DNA from: Lingula anatina
Lineage: Eukaryota; Animalia; Brachiopoda
Direction of reading: 5' to 3'
Assembly: GCA_051362555.1 (NCBI GenBank)
Contig: CM120645.1
Location: 12,834,001 to 12,898,000, forward strand
DNA: 64,000 nucleotides
The position numbers and the translations under genes were made by a program. The notes beneath the pieces were generated by a model. The model saw only the letters and a list, made by a program, of their open reading frames with translations, did no database searches and was not told where the DNA came from. Below are positions 39,101 through 52,200 of this stretch, piece by piece (within the stretch, counting starts at the first letter, position 1; every line of letters begins with the position of its first letter).

Positions 39101-42015
39101 ATGCATGCTCTTCTCTCCCCTTCAAACGATCCTTGGAGACTGCAAGTCAGTGTGAAACTGGAACCAGAACCGTCGCTGAGTTGATACCCACTGTTACAAT
39201 TATAGGTAATATTGCTTCCAAATCTGTGACCCCCAGTTGGTAGAGTGGGTGCTGCGTTGGAAATAGTCGGAGCAGCACATTCCACGTCTAAAATATAGTG
39301 AATGTCTGTAACGAAATCAATCCATGACAACAATGGTGTAAATGTGTTTCTTCTGTTTTCGTGTCTTTAATGCGTGAAATTCCGAAATGTCTCGTTTAAT
39401 TCTAAAGTACCGCCGTCTGATCTGATAACTACGACGTCTAATCGTGTTTTTAATTTTTGTATAAACCGCCGTCAATATTAGGTACCTATTTCTGTAGCAG
39501 TTGCATATTATACTACTTGCGTATATCTTTGTACAAGAGACGCTTGAAACACAGTCTAGACAAACAACATTGGAAAACGTCCACTTACAACCAAAACACT
39601 GGTCACCGGTACGTCCCAGGTTACACACACACTCCTCTGATGATATCTGTGTTTCCGAGGTGTATGTTCTCACACACGTTCCTCCTGTAGAACAGGGGCA
39701 GTTGTAGGCGGGATTACCTGTAGGAAACATACCGTACCGAAGGTTACACCTTTTGGTACATATATTGAAGGTTATTATTTTTTAACGTAGCTAATTCCTG
39801 GTAGGCGCTGTGACACACCACCGCCAAGACGCTCTAAGCACTAGAGTGATACCACTTTCCGTTCCGGACATTGTCTTAATAACTTTACTTATTCGTCTCC
39901 ATAGCATGTCCGTCGACAAGATTATTGACACAAAGTAAAAAAATTGTATGTGAAAAACCCAAAACACAAAAAATCGCTTCGATTTGCATCTTATAATTAC
40001 CTGTACATTGTTTCATTTGATAATTACGGAGACCAAGCCTATAGTAAAAAACATTGCACGACGTTGAAGAGTTATGGAACCAACAGTCTCCATCCCAGTC
40101 AACTGCGTCACATGCTGGGTCATCGTTACAGGCCTGTAAACAGTGGGATAATGGCTTATGGGTTGTATTTGAGCCTCCAATGATGCCCATATTTTCATAT
40201 GCATACAACACGTACTCTGGCACTAAAATAAAATATTTTAATAAATATGTACATGTAGTAGCCTGATGTTCTTATTATTTTCTATAGTGTTTACAAGCTG
40301 TGTACTACATACACTATTTGAGACACACATCGATATAAATATAGGAAGAGAAAGACACAAAAATGTATTTCAAGTTTTAACTTAAAAGTACAACCATGCA
40401 GTAATTCGCATTCTTGTATTCATTAAGTTCTGACTAACTTACCAGCTAAACACAGTAACTGAACGAAACGAATTGATTGTAGTTAATCCCCTTTACACTG
40501 GTCCGCGTCCTTTCTGCGCCCTTTGTGCGACCATGAAACTAGGCAGGACACCGTTGGACGGTCAGGTAAAACCAAGATTCGGGTGTTCAAAGTACGCACA
40601 CGGGATACAGACGCCTTTACACTGAGGCATTTAATTGTTTTGGCGACCGTCTCAGCGTCCTGACCACATTTTTGAAAGCAGAACACAGAAAGGACGTCGC
40701 CCAGTGTAAAGGGGCCTTTACGTAGCAGGTAGGTTAATCCAAGGAGTTATAACAGAGTTATAACTCCTTGGTTAATCCAAGGGTACATTGTGTGTAAATT
40801 CCTTACGATATACTTTTAACCATGGAATGTTCGCCAAGTGGACCGATGCGAACAACGTTTTCGACCCTTGGTTGCAACACTCACACCAGTCCATACACTG
40901 AGGGAAATTGGGGTGTCATATACCGAGAGCACTAAGATGTTGCGGGCCCTGAGTGCCCAGATTAGCGGAACCCATCAACATTGGCTTTTTGAAATGTATG
41001 GAATATATAATCACGTGGTGGAACTGACCGGACGGCCTTGTGGTGGTGTCCGCCTCTGGAGCGGGGGGACGTGGGTTCCACTCCGTCCGGGGACATATCG
41101 GTCCGTCAAAAACGGTAGGGAGACGAACGCGACAACAATAAGTCTGCACAAGGACCAAAGATGACCACCCGAAACCTTTGAGTATTCTGCTGATAGGTCT
41201 CACTTGGATGACCTGGGTTATCAAGATGCTTTCCCCGGGTTCTGAGGCTGATACCTATAGGTCTCAGTTTGGGGACTACTGCTGGATTCCCCAAAAGGTC
41301 TCTGGATGAAACCCCAATTTTCCTCAGTGTTGTTTTATATGTCAAATCCTAAGTAAACTTGTCTTGCTTCAAATGTTGTGTAAGAAACTATGATTTCATT
41401 TTAAAATAGGAATATTTCGCTTTAATAAAAAAAGAAAAGTACAGCGAATTAAAAAAAAACTAGCAAAGAAAATAATCCACGCAAAAGAAATAGGCCTACT
41501 CACGTCCACATACTGGTGGTTCCCTATCTAACACATCCTCTCTGTCAGTACACGTGATTGTAAGAGAACCGTATATATGGATATATGGAGGAGTAACACA
41601 CGTGTAGGTAACGTTCTGTTGACTGTTAACACGGACAGCAGTTGGAGATCGACTTGAATGAGGCACGTCTGGCACGACACAACCTGAAAGGTTGAAGAAT
41701 CAAGTAATCAAAATACTTTTTACATAAACGGACGCCTTTTTCATTTCTAGATTTGAAATACCAAATCAAAATTAGATCACCAACCTTACTCCAGAACATG
41801 CAAATATTTGTTTTCATACACAGAAAACATTTAAATATATTTGCATACAATTTTATTTGAAATTAAAGAGTCTTTTAGATTCATATTAGTACCTGTCCTC
41901 AAGCTTTTATAGGACTTCACTATATAAGAAACATATTACCTGCGTCAGTTCCACGTATGTCAAAGTTCAAACTGCACATACAGAAAAATACACACAGTTG
42001 TGACAATGTCTTCAT
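36150..42015 (-). CDS. Gene E: sushi-PAN-EGF-2x sushi single-pass receptor, TM type b, class II tail; about 460 aa
   Basis: Signal 42015-41940 (MKTLSQLCVFFCMCSLNFDIRGTDA), sushi1 41683-41504, PAN 40222-40001, EGF 39717-39589, sushi2 39287-39099, shortened sushi exon 38902-38696 (internal GTAAGT donor), mini-exon 38105-38067, TM 37835-37745, tail 36399-36150 (HEYMSL, EYANV, SAYTAL). Sum 1383 nt, in frame. Confidence 0.8.
36633..37377. mobile_element. Unclassified insertion in gene E last intron
   Basis: Absent from the paralogous intron of gene C (about 21400); flanked by duplicated TACAATA. Confidence 0.4.
37496..37717. mobile_element. Second copy of the 4767-5005 MITE (opposite orientation, one end truncated)
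   Basis: Ends GATTCAGGGGGTGACACTTCTATTGTCCAATGTGTG-TA; internal sequence matches the reverse complement of 4870-4990. Confidence 0.6.
40488..40714. mobile_element. MITE with about 28-bp TIRs (Harbinger-like)
   Basis: CCCTTTACACTGGTCCGCGTCCTTTCTG ... CAGAAAGGACGTCGCCCAGTGTAAAGGG. Confidence 0.6.
40740..40770. mobile_element. 31-bp miniature TIR element with 7-bp TSD
   Basis: GTTAATC[CAAGGAGTTATAAC-AGA-GTTATAACTCCTTG]GTTAATC. Confidence 0.55.
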
Positions 42016-42439
42016 TGTACCGTCGAATGCCCTGGAATGAGGTTTGTTGACACGCGTATGACATAGATGAACAGCTTGGTAATCAGATCAGAAGTGGATT
42101 TTTAAATTATGCAGCTGAAGGCTAGTTCTTAAGGAATAAGTGAAGTAAGTTTTGTTATATTGCAAAACGTGTACACAAATGAGGTCAGAGGTCACCTGAG
42201 ATCAAATCTGGGACATTTTTGGGAAAATAGACTGTTGAATTTTCAGCGGTACATAACGGTTAGGAGGTGAGAAAACAAAATAGAACACAGAGCTATGTAA
42301 TACAGGATGTTTCTAGCATAGCATATTCAGGTATCCTCATTTTTATGTTTGTAACATTATAATACATTTACACGCATTTCATCAAATATTTTCGAGTCAT
42401 TTTGTCCGATTGCCTATAATCTGCGTGTATGAACCCTCC

Positions 42440-42920
42440 TTACCTTGAAACTACCACTCACCCAACAATATAGCCTAGGCCTGTATGGTTGATGATTTGA
42501 CAGAGTCCTGGCAACATTAACTAGGGACCTGGCATAACCTAAATCAAGAAGTTATAACCACCGATCGCTTTTTAATTCAATGTGATCCTTTTAATTCAAG
42601 GTGAGATACGTGGTATAAAATATAAAATGGGTCACTTCCTTGTTCACAAAACCCCGCATCTACCCGCTAGGCCTCACCACACTTTGACAAGTCTTATTTT
42701 TAAGGTCATTCAATAGAGAGATATTTGGCTATAGTAAAATTAGGGTTAGTATAATACCTGTTACATGTACATGTACTATAACCAGTACATGTAAGCAGCA
42801 GATAAGCCAAGATGTTCCGAGAGAATTGATGTGCATAGATGAGGATTGAATCGTGTCTTTGATACAGTAAGAGCACCCAAGCAATTAAGTGTAAATGCTT
42901 TGTACAGAAGGCGACGTATT
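42440..42920. promoter_or_regulatory. Third copy of the conserved inter-pair block (E/F), internally shortened
   Basis: Minus-strand donor at 42439-42443; TATAAAATGGGTCACTTCCTTGTTCACAAAAC at about 42621-42652. Confidence 0.5.
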
Positions 42921-43080
42921 TTACTAGATATGTTAAGAGACCATTCCCATCACCCTATCGTACTATCAGGATCGATTTAACTCCGAGGGGATTCTCGATA
43001 AATTTCATTCAGTTTAAACGTGCACGAAAATTAATTACCCCCTAGCAGCTTAAATGGGCGTGACAGACTATTAATCACGA

Positions 43081-44316
43081 TCAGGCCTACCCAAATACTA
43101 GACTCGGCACCGAATGATCCTGAATTCACCGATAGATCGGACCACACTACCCGTTTTCAAGCTGTGCGTCAGTAAGCACTTCGAAGTATCAGACGCGACA
43201 CCGCTATTGCCTAGTACGCGATGGGATAGCGATGAATCTGAGCGGTTTGGAAAGTATAGTATATCTCATCTCAAAATTGGTTCAGGGGTATCAGGCCTTC
43301 CCAACTACCAGACTCGGCACCTACGGGTCCAGAATAAACCGGTATATCTGACCACACTACCCGTTTTCAAGGTGTGTGTCAGATCGCATAAAAGAGTATC
43401 ATACCCTATCACAAATTCTGTAAGCCTACCTGTCATCCGGGTATCGCGCCTCGTTTTCGTCAAGTAGGAGTCGTATGAATACAACAGACGACTCCCTCAA
43501 TCAGGGGGTGGAAACGCGCTACTTATATGATTAAGACGAGCCTAGCCGTCAGTACCGGTTATTGTTTTGTGACCTTGAGGAGCAATTAGGTTTGGTCGTT
43601 GCGGCACGCATCAACAGTAGTTGAACTACCACACCTGGGTCTTTTGTTTTTGACAACTGTTCACTCGTCATCGAGGCGCTTGTTCAAGACTACAGGCTGA
43701 TATCTACTAGTACTACCAGTGGCTTCATTAGTAACGTTCCCACAATACTTAAGTTTTCTGTCCGTGCGTACAAACCCTGAAAAAGGACAGCCTCGCTGAC
43801 GAGAACAATGGACGTTTCTCGCCCCTCTCTAGGATTACCCCTGCCCTCAATCTCGTCCATCCCGGTAGTCACGAAAATATTTAACCCCCGACAGAATATG
43901 CTTCTGCTATCAAAATTAGGTCTACTTTTCTAAATTAATATATAAGTTTGCAAGTTCTTATTTACAAAACATCATTGGCTATGTCCGAACCTAAATTTTA
44001 TGTTAAAAATTGCGGTACTGTCAGATTTTAGCATAAACAGAGAAAATTGCAGCAGCGCATGAATCTAGATGAGATGCACTACTTTCCAACCCCGCTTAGG
44101 ATCATTGCTATCACATCGCGTACCAGGCAAAATCGGTGTGGTGGCTGATACTCTGTAATGCGATCTGACACACACCTTGAAAACGGGTAGTGTGGTCTGA
44201 TAAACCGGTTTATACTGGACCCGTAGGTGCCGAGTCTGGTAGTTGGGAAGGCCTGGGTATGATACCGGTGAATCCAGGATCATTCGGTGCCGAGTCTGGT
44301 AGTTGGGTAGACCTGA
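43081..44316. mobile_element. Foldback-like element with long, internally repetitive inverted arms
   Basis: 43081-43400 (GACTCGGCACCGAATGATCC; ACCACACTACCCGTTTTCAAG twice) is the reverse complement of modules at 44065-44316. Confidence 0.55.
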
Positions 44317-45206
44317 CGATTACTGTTGTCAGAATAATCACCTGACCCGTACTTCTCTCAAGTTTTAATGACGTTATAAGGTCTTCAGTGTTTGTAATTA
44401 GAACCATAATAAGACCATGTGATTACGATTTGTCACTTTCTTCATTCACACCACACAACGATTTGATTGGTCTTCTCTGTTAAGACATCTTAATTACACG
44501 ACTTAAAAGCAGGGGGTGGTGGAGAGATACAACCGGGGCTTGCAAATTAAAGCTTTTTACAGTGACCGTTATGTCTTGGACCCTTTTTTTCACATGGAGC
44601 AGTATACAGTCCGGAGTGCGGTTATTTTAATGTCCTACGGTACTTCCATTATCACATATGTTACATATCACATTAATGTATACAATTATCTAATTTTAAT
44701 TAAAATGCATACAATTACTCCTGTCGACAAATAGAAAGTCACTTATGAGCTTTTATATAAGTATCTTTAAGACCACATCTGGATCCGCTAGATTTTTTTA
44801 TTCTTTATTTATTTATTTATTTTTATTTATTTAATTTTTTTTTTTTTGCTTTTCTTTTCCAGTGGTTGTTTCGAAAGTGTACACACGTCAGTGTGACTTT
44901 TTATTTTATTGTTTATGTACCATTCATTAATTAATGTATTTAATTATTTATTTGTTCGTTTGTTATTTATTCTATTATTACATGAAGATGTACACAGAAA
45001 TCATATCTTATAAAGTGACTGAACTTTTTTGCAACGTGCTTAAAAGTACGTGTTGCTTTGTTTATTACATTTAACCCTCATTTTAGAAGATGTTGTTAGT
45101 TGATAATGAGTCACCCTCTATGGTGATATTATCTAAGCATGGATCTTTGTTTTCCATATCAAAATACTTTTATTGACATTTAATTCAGGGCAAGGACAAC
45201 GAGACA

Positions 45207-48200
45207 ATGAAAGGGCTGTCGAGCATTTTAAAATCATCTCTGATATTTTGTTTACTCTGTGGGTGGCAAGAAGGCAACGCAGGTAAGTGAAACAAGTTTT
45301 CACACAGGATGTACATGTACACCCCAACCCCTAATCTCCCAATGAATAACTGAATAAATAAAAAGCGCGACATGAGACAAAAGATGAACACATTTTCTGT
45401 CCCGTGCCCTACAACCATTCTTATCTGCTGATTTATGTATTTTAGCAAATGTAAGCAAGATACTTTTCATTCATGTTTCCACCCCCTTTTACATCTAACC
45501 AAAATCCTGGATCATGCAGTGCATGCATTTACTTATTTCAAAAGTTCAAAAGATTGTTCTAATTTTGCATCGTGGTTGCTATGTTGAGTCAGATTAGAAA
45601 CCAGCGTAATAGGAATGGAAGTCCTAGGAATGGAAGTCCGGGTTCCCATATGATATTAGTACAGGTTGGGGTTAGTTGGAGTATTGGGGTTAGTATAGGG
45701 ACAAATGTCACCTGTACAAGTAATGGGAAGCGTTTCACCTAACTTTCTGCAAGGAAGCTGTCACGATCCCCAAATTTACAAAATGGCTATCCCCGTCAAT
45801 AAACAGTTTCGATGTAGCTATTTTCAGTACGTTATTACCTCCGCCAAGGAGGTTATGTTTTCACCCCTGTTTGTATGTTTGTCTGTCTGTCTGTCTTTCC
45901 GTCTGTCTGTCATCAACATAACTCAAAAGGTTATGGACCGATTTTGATGAAATTTTCAGGAACCGTAAGAAGTGGGCCAAGGGACAGATGAATAGTTTTT
46001 AGTGGTGATCCGGATCAATAATCAATCAACAATAATAAAAAATTGCTGCCTTGGCGTGGGTCTGCGCTCTCGGAGTGCTTTTCTAGTATATGTGACTAGT
46101 TTCGTTACTTATCTGCCGCTGTCTGTCCTCCGAACACTGGTGATACTCTGGTACTAGTAGTATTCTTTTGTAGGAGGCAATTAATGCATACGCGAAATAT
46201 ACGTCGCTAAAATTAGCCACATCGTTCGTTTATCTTATATTACCCACACATACAGTTAACATGGTCTATATCTATAACTTTTTTGAATTTCATTAACATT
46301 AAAAGCTTAAAGACGTGACTTTTTGAGATTTATTCAACCTCTGATTTTGGGCTTGATTTTGAAAAAAAAAGAAGAAAAAGTAGTCTACGTTCACATATAC
46401 CACAACCTAAAAAATGAAGAAATTAAAATAAAAAATCAATTTGCCAAATCCTTTGTATGTTATAGGTTGTGTTGTGCCAGACGTTCCTCATTCAAGTCGA
46501 TCTCCATTTACTGCCAGTGTGAACAGTCACCAAAGTGTTACCTACATGTGTGTTACTCCATATATCCGCATATACGGTTTTCTTAGCATTATGTGTACTG
46601 ACAAAAATAATGTTTTTGATAAGGAACCGCCAGTATGTGGACGTGAGTATTTCTTTTTATATGGATTTGTACTGCAGATTACTTTTGAATAAAACTCTTC
46701 TTTCTTATTTTCTATTTTCGATGTGACATACTTTATCTTTGCTATGAAAACAAAATATAATTCTATTTTCGAATGAGAATACAACCGTTCCTTACGAAGT
46801 ATTTAAAACGTATTCCTTACACAGGTGTAATAAGAGTTTTACTTTTAAGGCTGGGGCTGGGTGTTGAGGCATGGGTTTAGAGTGAAGACATATTCTCACC
46901 GGTCCGCTGAGCTAACCTTTCATGGCTAGGAGTAGTTTGTGAGGGGTTTACATACAAGTACACAATGATTTATATCACTCACTTATTATGTATAACATGT
47001 GGGGGTGGTTGCACGACACACAGGGTGCACTGATATTGTGAATACAAGATGCATTGAACTTTTTCCATGTCGATACATGTATCTCACTCAAAAAGTGTGT
47101 AGTGCACACCTCGTAATCAATAAATAAAGTGTAAGCACACCATTTCATTTCAGTGCCAGAATACGTGTTGTATGCGTATGTAAATAGAGGTCTCAATCAT
47201 GGCACGTATACCAACGTCAAGCCACTATCCCAGTGTTTAAAGGCCTGTAACGAAACCAACACATGTGAAGCAGTGGACTGGGAAGGCAACTGTTACTTCC
47301 ATTACCGTTCTAAGTCGTGCAATGGCCTTTACTATAGAAATGGTCCGCGTCACTATCAAATGAAGCGATGTGCTGGTAAGATGCAATTTGAAGAATTTAT
47401 TTGTACTAGTAATAACGTTTTTTCAAAATGCCTTACTTTGTACTTATAATTTCATCGATGGATTTGTTATGAGGATGAATAATAAGTTAGACACAATTTT
47501 CAGAAAGTAATATTACTCGTGCTTAAAATGTATAATATACGATATAAACGGCGGTGGCTGTAATTAAATACCAGCATGAACATAACCAGTAACGTCATAA
47601 ATGAGCTAAATACGCAATCAGAAATATTGCGCATGAATCAATAACGCAGTAGCTATAAAGTTTGGTTCGTTTCCTACAGATAATCCCGCATACAACTGCC
47701 CCTGCTCTACAGGAGGAACATGTGTGAGAACATATACCTCACAGATACAGATATCTTCAGAGGAGTGTGTGTGTAACCTGGGACGTACCGGTGAGCAGTG
47801 CTCTGATTGTAAGTCTAACGCTGTTTACCATTGTTGTTTTTCATACTTTATAACTAAGACCGAGATTTAAGTGTCGCCTGCACAAAGAAACAAACACGTT
47901 ACGATGTACACATAAGTTGTTTTATAGCCTACATGAATATGCACCTAAACAATAAATTATGCTACATTTTTTATTAAAAATGTGATGCAAGGTAAAACTC
48001 TTAGGTTCGTTATCAATATAATTAGCCATTTTTTCGTGATGCTTTAAGAAATGATCAATATACAAAAATATACATGTATGGCTACATTTATTTGTCTGAG
48101 CTGGAGCGTCGTTACTTTTACGTACAGTTTTAATGGAAATCCTGAGATTTTTTGTGCAACCAAGCGTCAGCTTTACGTTGCCGCGACTATTTACAAACAT

Positions 48201-50494
48201 ACACTATGTTTTTAGTCGTGGAATGTTCTGCCCCAACTATTCCTAACACAGTTCGCTCACCGGCAACTGAAGTCTACAGATTCAACAACACTGTTACCTT
48301 CACTTGCAACAGTGGGTATCAATTCAGCGATTCCAGTTCCAGCTTCACACTGACATGTAGTCTCAGAGGAGAATTTGAAGGGGAGAGAAAAACATGTATC
48401 AGTAAGTCTGCAATAAAGAAGGCAGCGAGATAGAAAACTAAGGAATAAATTGAGAATTATTAATGAAATCATCACTCTGATGCAGTTTGACATTTTATAT
48501 GGTTATTTCTGTAATTCTTCTGACGGTATTAAAACCTTACGGATTTGAATAAACTTGAGTAGATAAAGAAATTGAAAAAACCCTCCACTTCCAGGAACCT
48601 GTGAATTCTCCCATCTGGGCAATCACCAGAGACAAGTTACACAGCGTCCCGTTACCTTTGAGGGACAAACTGTCACATATACATGCACTGATGGCTTCCA
48701 ACTCAACGATACGTCAACAGTAAAGAACCTCACTTGCCGAACCGATGGAACATTTGACCAGAATTTACCTAGCTGTGTTCCTATATTGTGTGGTTTTCCT
48801 GGTAATATACTGAATTTGAATTTTGCAGAAGGACCATATGTCTTCAAGCAGAATGTGACGTTTTCTTGCATTCCTGGATATCATTTTGCTGGATATGACG
48901 TCGAAGCGTCGTTTACGTCACAATGCATCAGAACAGACACTTTGGAACCACCTGTACCTGACTGCAAAAAAAGAACATGTACTTTGCCTTATCTAAACAA
49001 TACAATGACAACTTCTGATTATACGAATCTATTCTTCATGACTTCAGTTGAATTCAAATGCATGAAAGGATTTCAGTTCCCGGATGGTAGTACCAGTGTT
49101 ACCTTGGCGTGTGATGAAACCGGTGGATTTGGGATGGACACTCTTAGTTGTACAGGTACGAGTATTGAGGGGTATGTATAGTGGGTGTCCACTCCTATCC
49201 CCGTGAGGTTGAATTGGTCAGACCAGGGTGTCATCAACTAAAAAAATAGCATCCACTATAACACCCTTATGGTCAGGGAACGTGTGATCTTGCATAATGC
49301 TCTAAAAGTTTTTGTTGAAATACTTTTACTAGGATACTTGATACTTGTTAAGTTATTACATTATGTGCAACCTGAGTATTTATGCTTAAGAAAATAATTG
49401 AATAATAAAACACTTGGTTAATTAAGGGTTTGGCTATCTAGTAAGGCAAAAAAGTGATATCGTTGTTGTTTTCAGTTTCACCTTCAGGAACGTTGCCTGA
49501 AGCTGGTGCCAAGGCAGCACGCTCAGACTCTAACCTTGGTGTCAGTGTCGGCGTGGGCGTTACTGGCGCGATAGTGCTGATATTATTTGTCATAATTGTT
49601 GTATTCATCAAACTTAGACGGTAAGTGGCATAGAACCATTAACATGTTGTTTTATTCATTCCTATCAAACATAGCGATAAAGGTTTAATGTAGAATAAAA
49701 GAGTGTTTATGGCCGCTGTGACTGAAAACGTGTGATATATTCTAGCAGTATAAATACTACATGCCACACGGTCCATTTCAATCTATAACCATGTTCCTGT
49801 TAGATAAATATGGACATATTCATTTCCATTATGTGAAAATGTTATGTATTTGGCCCATCTTGACGATTTCAGTTATCTCCCCATGATAAATTTTATGTGT
49901 TCTTAGATTTTGTTTTGGGCAATGTTTACACAATTCGAATTAAGATCGATATTTCTCCTTCTACCTCTCGTATGCCTTCAACCTACTTGCTGATAAGTGA
50001 TAAGTGTGAACTATTGTTTTTCGTTTCCATTCAGAAAACATTGCCACGCATCTCAACCGTCCAAGGCCGTTAATGCTGATCACAGCGACATCTCAGAGCT
50101 ATACCAAAACAGTTTGAGTCCGCCAGACAGTGTTGATAGGGATCACGAGTATATGTCACTGGAGGCCCAAACCATGTCAACAGTTAGCCACGTGGCTGAG
50201 TATGCTAACGTCAATGACGGAGATTATACTGTTCTGCGCACTGCAGCAAACGCAGCTAGTAACAGGCACCCAACTCCTGCTAGCGCGGTTAACAGTTCGA
50301 GTTCGCCAAGCAGCGCTGATAGGGAACACGAGTATATGTCACTGGAGGCCACAACTATGGCAACAGATAACAACGTGGTTGAGTATGCTAACGTCAATGA
50401 CAGCGCATATACTGCTCTTTGCATGTCAGCAAACGAAACTAATCAACGACATCCACCAGCTCCTGGAATAGGCCTATATCAGAACGAAGTGTAA
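45207..50494 (+). CDS. Gene F: sushi-PAN-EGF-4x sushi single-pass receptor with duplicated class II tail module; about 651 aa
   Basis: Signal 45207-45282 (MKGLSSILKSSLIFCLLCGWQEGNA), sushi1 46466-46642, PAN 47154-47375, EGF 47680-47808, sushi2 48216-48401, triple-sushi 48595-49155, TM 49476 (or in-frame 49488)-49620, tail 50035-50494. Sum 1956 nt. Confidence 0.87.
45834..46087 (+). mobile_element. Helentron-associated (HINE/DINE-1-like) non-autonomous element
   Basis: Starts ATTACCTCCGCCAAGGAGGTTATG; has a (TGTC)n tract, subterminal inverted CCTTGGCG, a 3' hairpin GCGCTCTCGGAGTGC and a CTAGT end; absent at the paralogous site near 57052. Confidence 0.6.
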
Positions 50495-51380
50495 CTCATT
50501 TAAGCTTATGTGCCTAATGGTACTAGACTAGACTGTCGTATAATACTTCATTTTTGCAGAATGTATGGCATAACACAGGACATGTAGAGAAAACAGGTGT
50601 TATGTGCCCATGTGCCCAAAGTACCTAGTTCTGATCCAACGTGTACAGGATAGCCCTGTCCGAAAATTTGACCCACTTACACCACGCTAACCTTAACCAT
50701 GTGAATATAATGGAAGGCAAAATCTCTTTATTTTTTGTATTTCTTCTTCTACTGACAATGAAATTGTGCTCGTGGAACATAGGAATCTCAAATCTTTTTT
50801 AAAATTCTGATACCCGTATACCCAGTTGTAATATTATTTGTGGTTCATTATTGTGAAATGTTTCATTTTATGAACAGTTCGTGTTTTGCTTTGAGTTTAT
50901 ATCATGCATAATATATTCTTCGGCTTTTTTGTACTATACTGTATGCCAGTAAAATATCGCAATATTTAATCTTCACATCTGAAGTAATGGCAGTAGTTCA
51001 CTTATTATAGAGATTTATATTGTCATTCTTGCTGTCTATTGCACATACATTTATAATATAAGTCACCTACCGGTTCTGTATAATCAAGATGGTTATTTTC
51101 TTATTTTGGAGTTTATTATCAAAATAGAGCAGTTATGCCTATGATAAACCCACATTTTAGCGGCTTTTGCAATATTCCAAGCATATGCTAACATACATTT
51201 ATTTAGATTATAAAAAGATGAGTGATATATCATTTTCTTCGTGTATAAAGCCGGAGAAACAATCGCTATCATGAACTGAGCCCATGAAGTTGCCATTGAA
51301 ATATCCAATGTCCCCATCTCCAAGAACATTTTTAGTTCTCGTTGAGTAGAACATTTTCAACAGAATAGTGATATGTGTGA

Positions 51381-51480
51381 GATAATACACTGTCACCCGA
51401 GCGATATATGCCATAACACCTCGAGCGTTAGCGAGAGGTGTTCATGGCATATATATTGCGAGAGGGGGACAGTGTATTAT
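51381..51480. repeat. Imperfect palindrome / hairpin
   Basis: ATAATACACTGTC...ATATATGCCAT..ACACCTC versus GAGGTGTTCATGGCATATAT...GACAGTGTATTAT. Confidence 0.55.
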
Positions 51481-51879
51481 TTGACATACATACCGAGAAA
51501 AAATTCAGTCATTTCATCCTAAAACACCCCCCAAACCGAATAAAGTGACCCTATATCACGCTCTAGGGATGTTATATGAAATAAACTCGTCCACGTGCGC
51601 TGGTCACCTCTCCCAAAATTCTTACGTAATGTCTGACCAATTTGGTCAATTTTTGCTAAATACTTGGCATGGACGTTCAACTGGCGTGAAAAGTATTTAA
51701 TCAATCGTCGACATTGACCATGCGCGTCTCAGCTGAGCCACACCTAGCTGGACCTGCTGCAGAAAAAAGGTCCCAAGGCAAAACCTCTACTTTGAAGTGA
51801 CATTTCTGATAAACAAGGAGCGTCAGACCGGAATATAGTCAAACTAATTTTTCACAAGTGCAAAGGAGAAAGAAATTTA

Positions 51880-52200
51880 TTTTTTGGTGATATTTCTGAC
51901 AACAACAGTTTCGGAATATAGTCAAAATCAAACGGATGTTTATTACAAGTTCACGAGAGTAATAATTCTAGTTTTTATAGTTATTTCTGACGACGAGGCG
52001 GTTACGGAATATAGTCAAAAACAAACGGATGTTTATTTCAAGTTCCCGGGAGTAATAATTCTAGTTTTTATTGTTCTTTCTGACGACGAGGCGGTTACGG
52101 AATATAGTCACAATCAAACGGATGTTTATTTCAAGGCCACAGGAGTAATAATTCTACGTTTTGGTGACATTTTTTACTACGAGGCGGTTTCGGAATATAC
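51880..52200. repeat. Minisatellite, 93-bp period, about 3.5 copies
   Basis: CGGAATATA recurs at 51912, 52005, 52098 and 52191 with CAAACGGATGTTTATT and GAGTAATAATTCTA in each unit. Confidence 0.8.

Noticed and set aside
40838-41345. GC-richer ORFs in gene E intron
   Set aside because: No recognisable motif; probably an unclassified repeat fragment.
50120-50430. Canonical ITAM in the class II tail
   Set aside because: Spacings are 13 aa (YMSL to YANV) and 4 aa (YANV to YTxL), outside YxxL/I-x6-8-YxxL/I.
51880-52200. Possible CRISPR-like array
   Set aside because: Whole units repeat with no unique spacers, there are no cas genes, and the context is eukaryotic.
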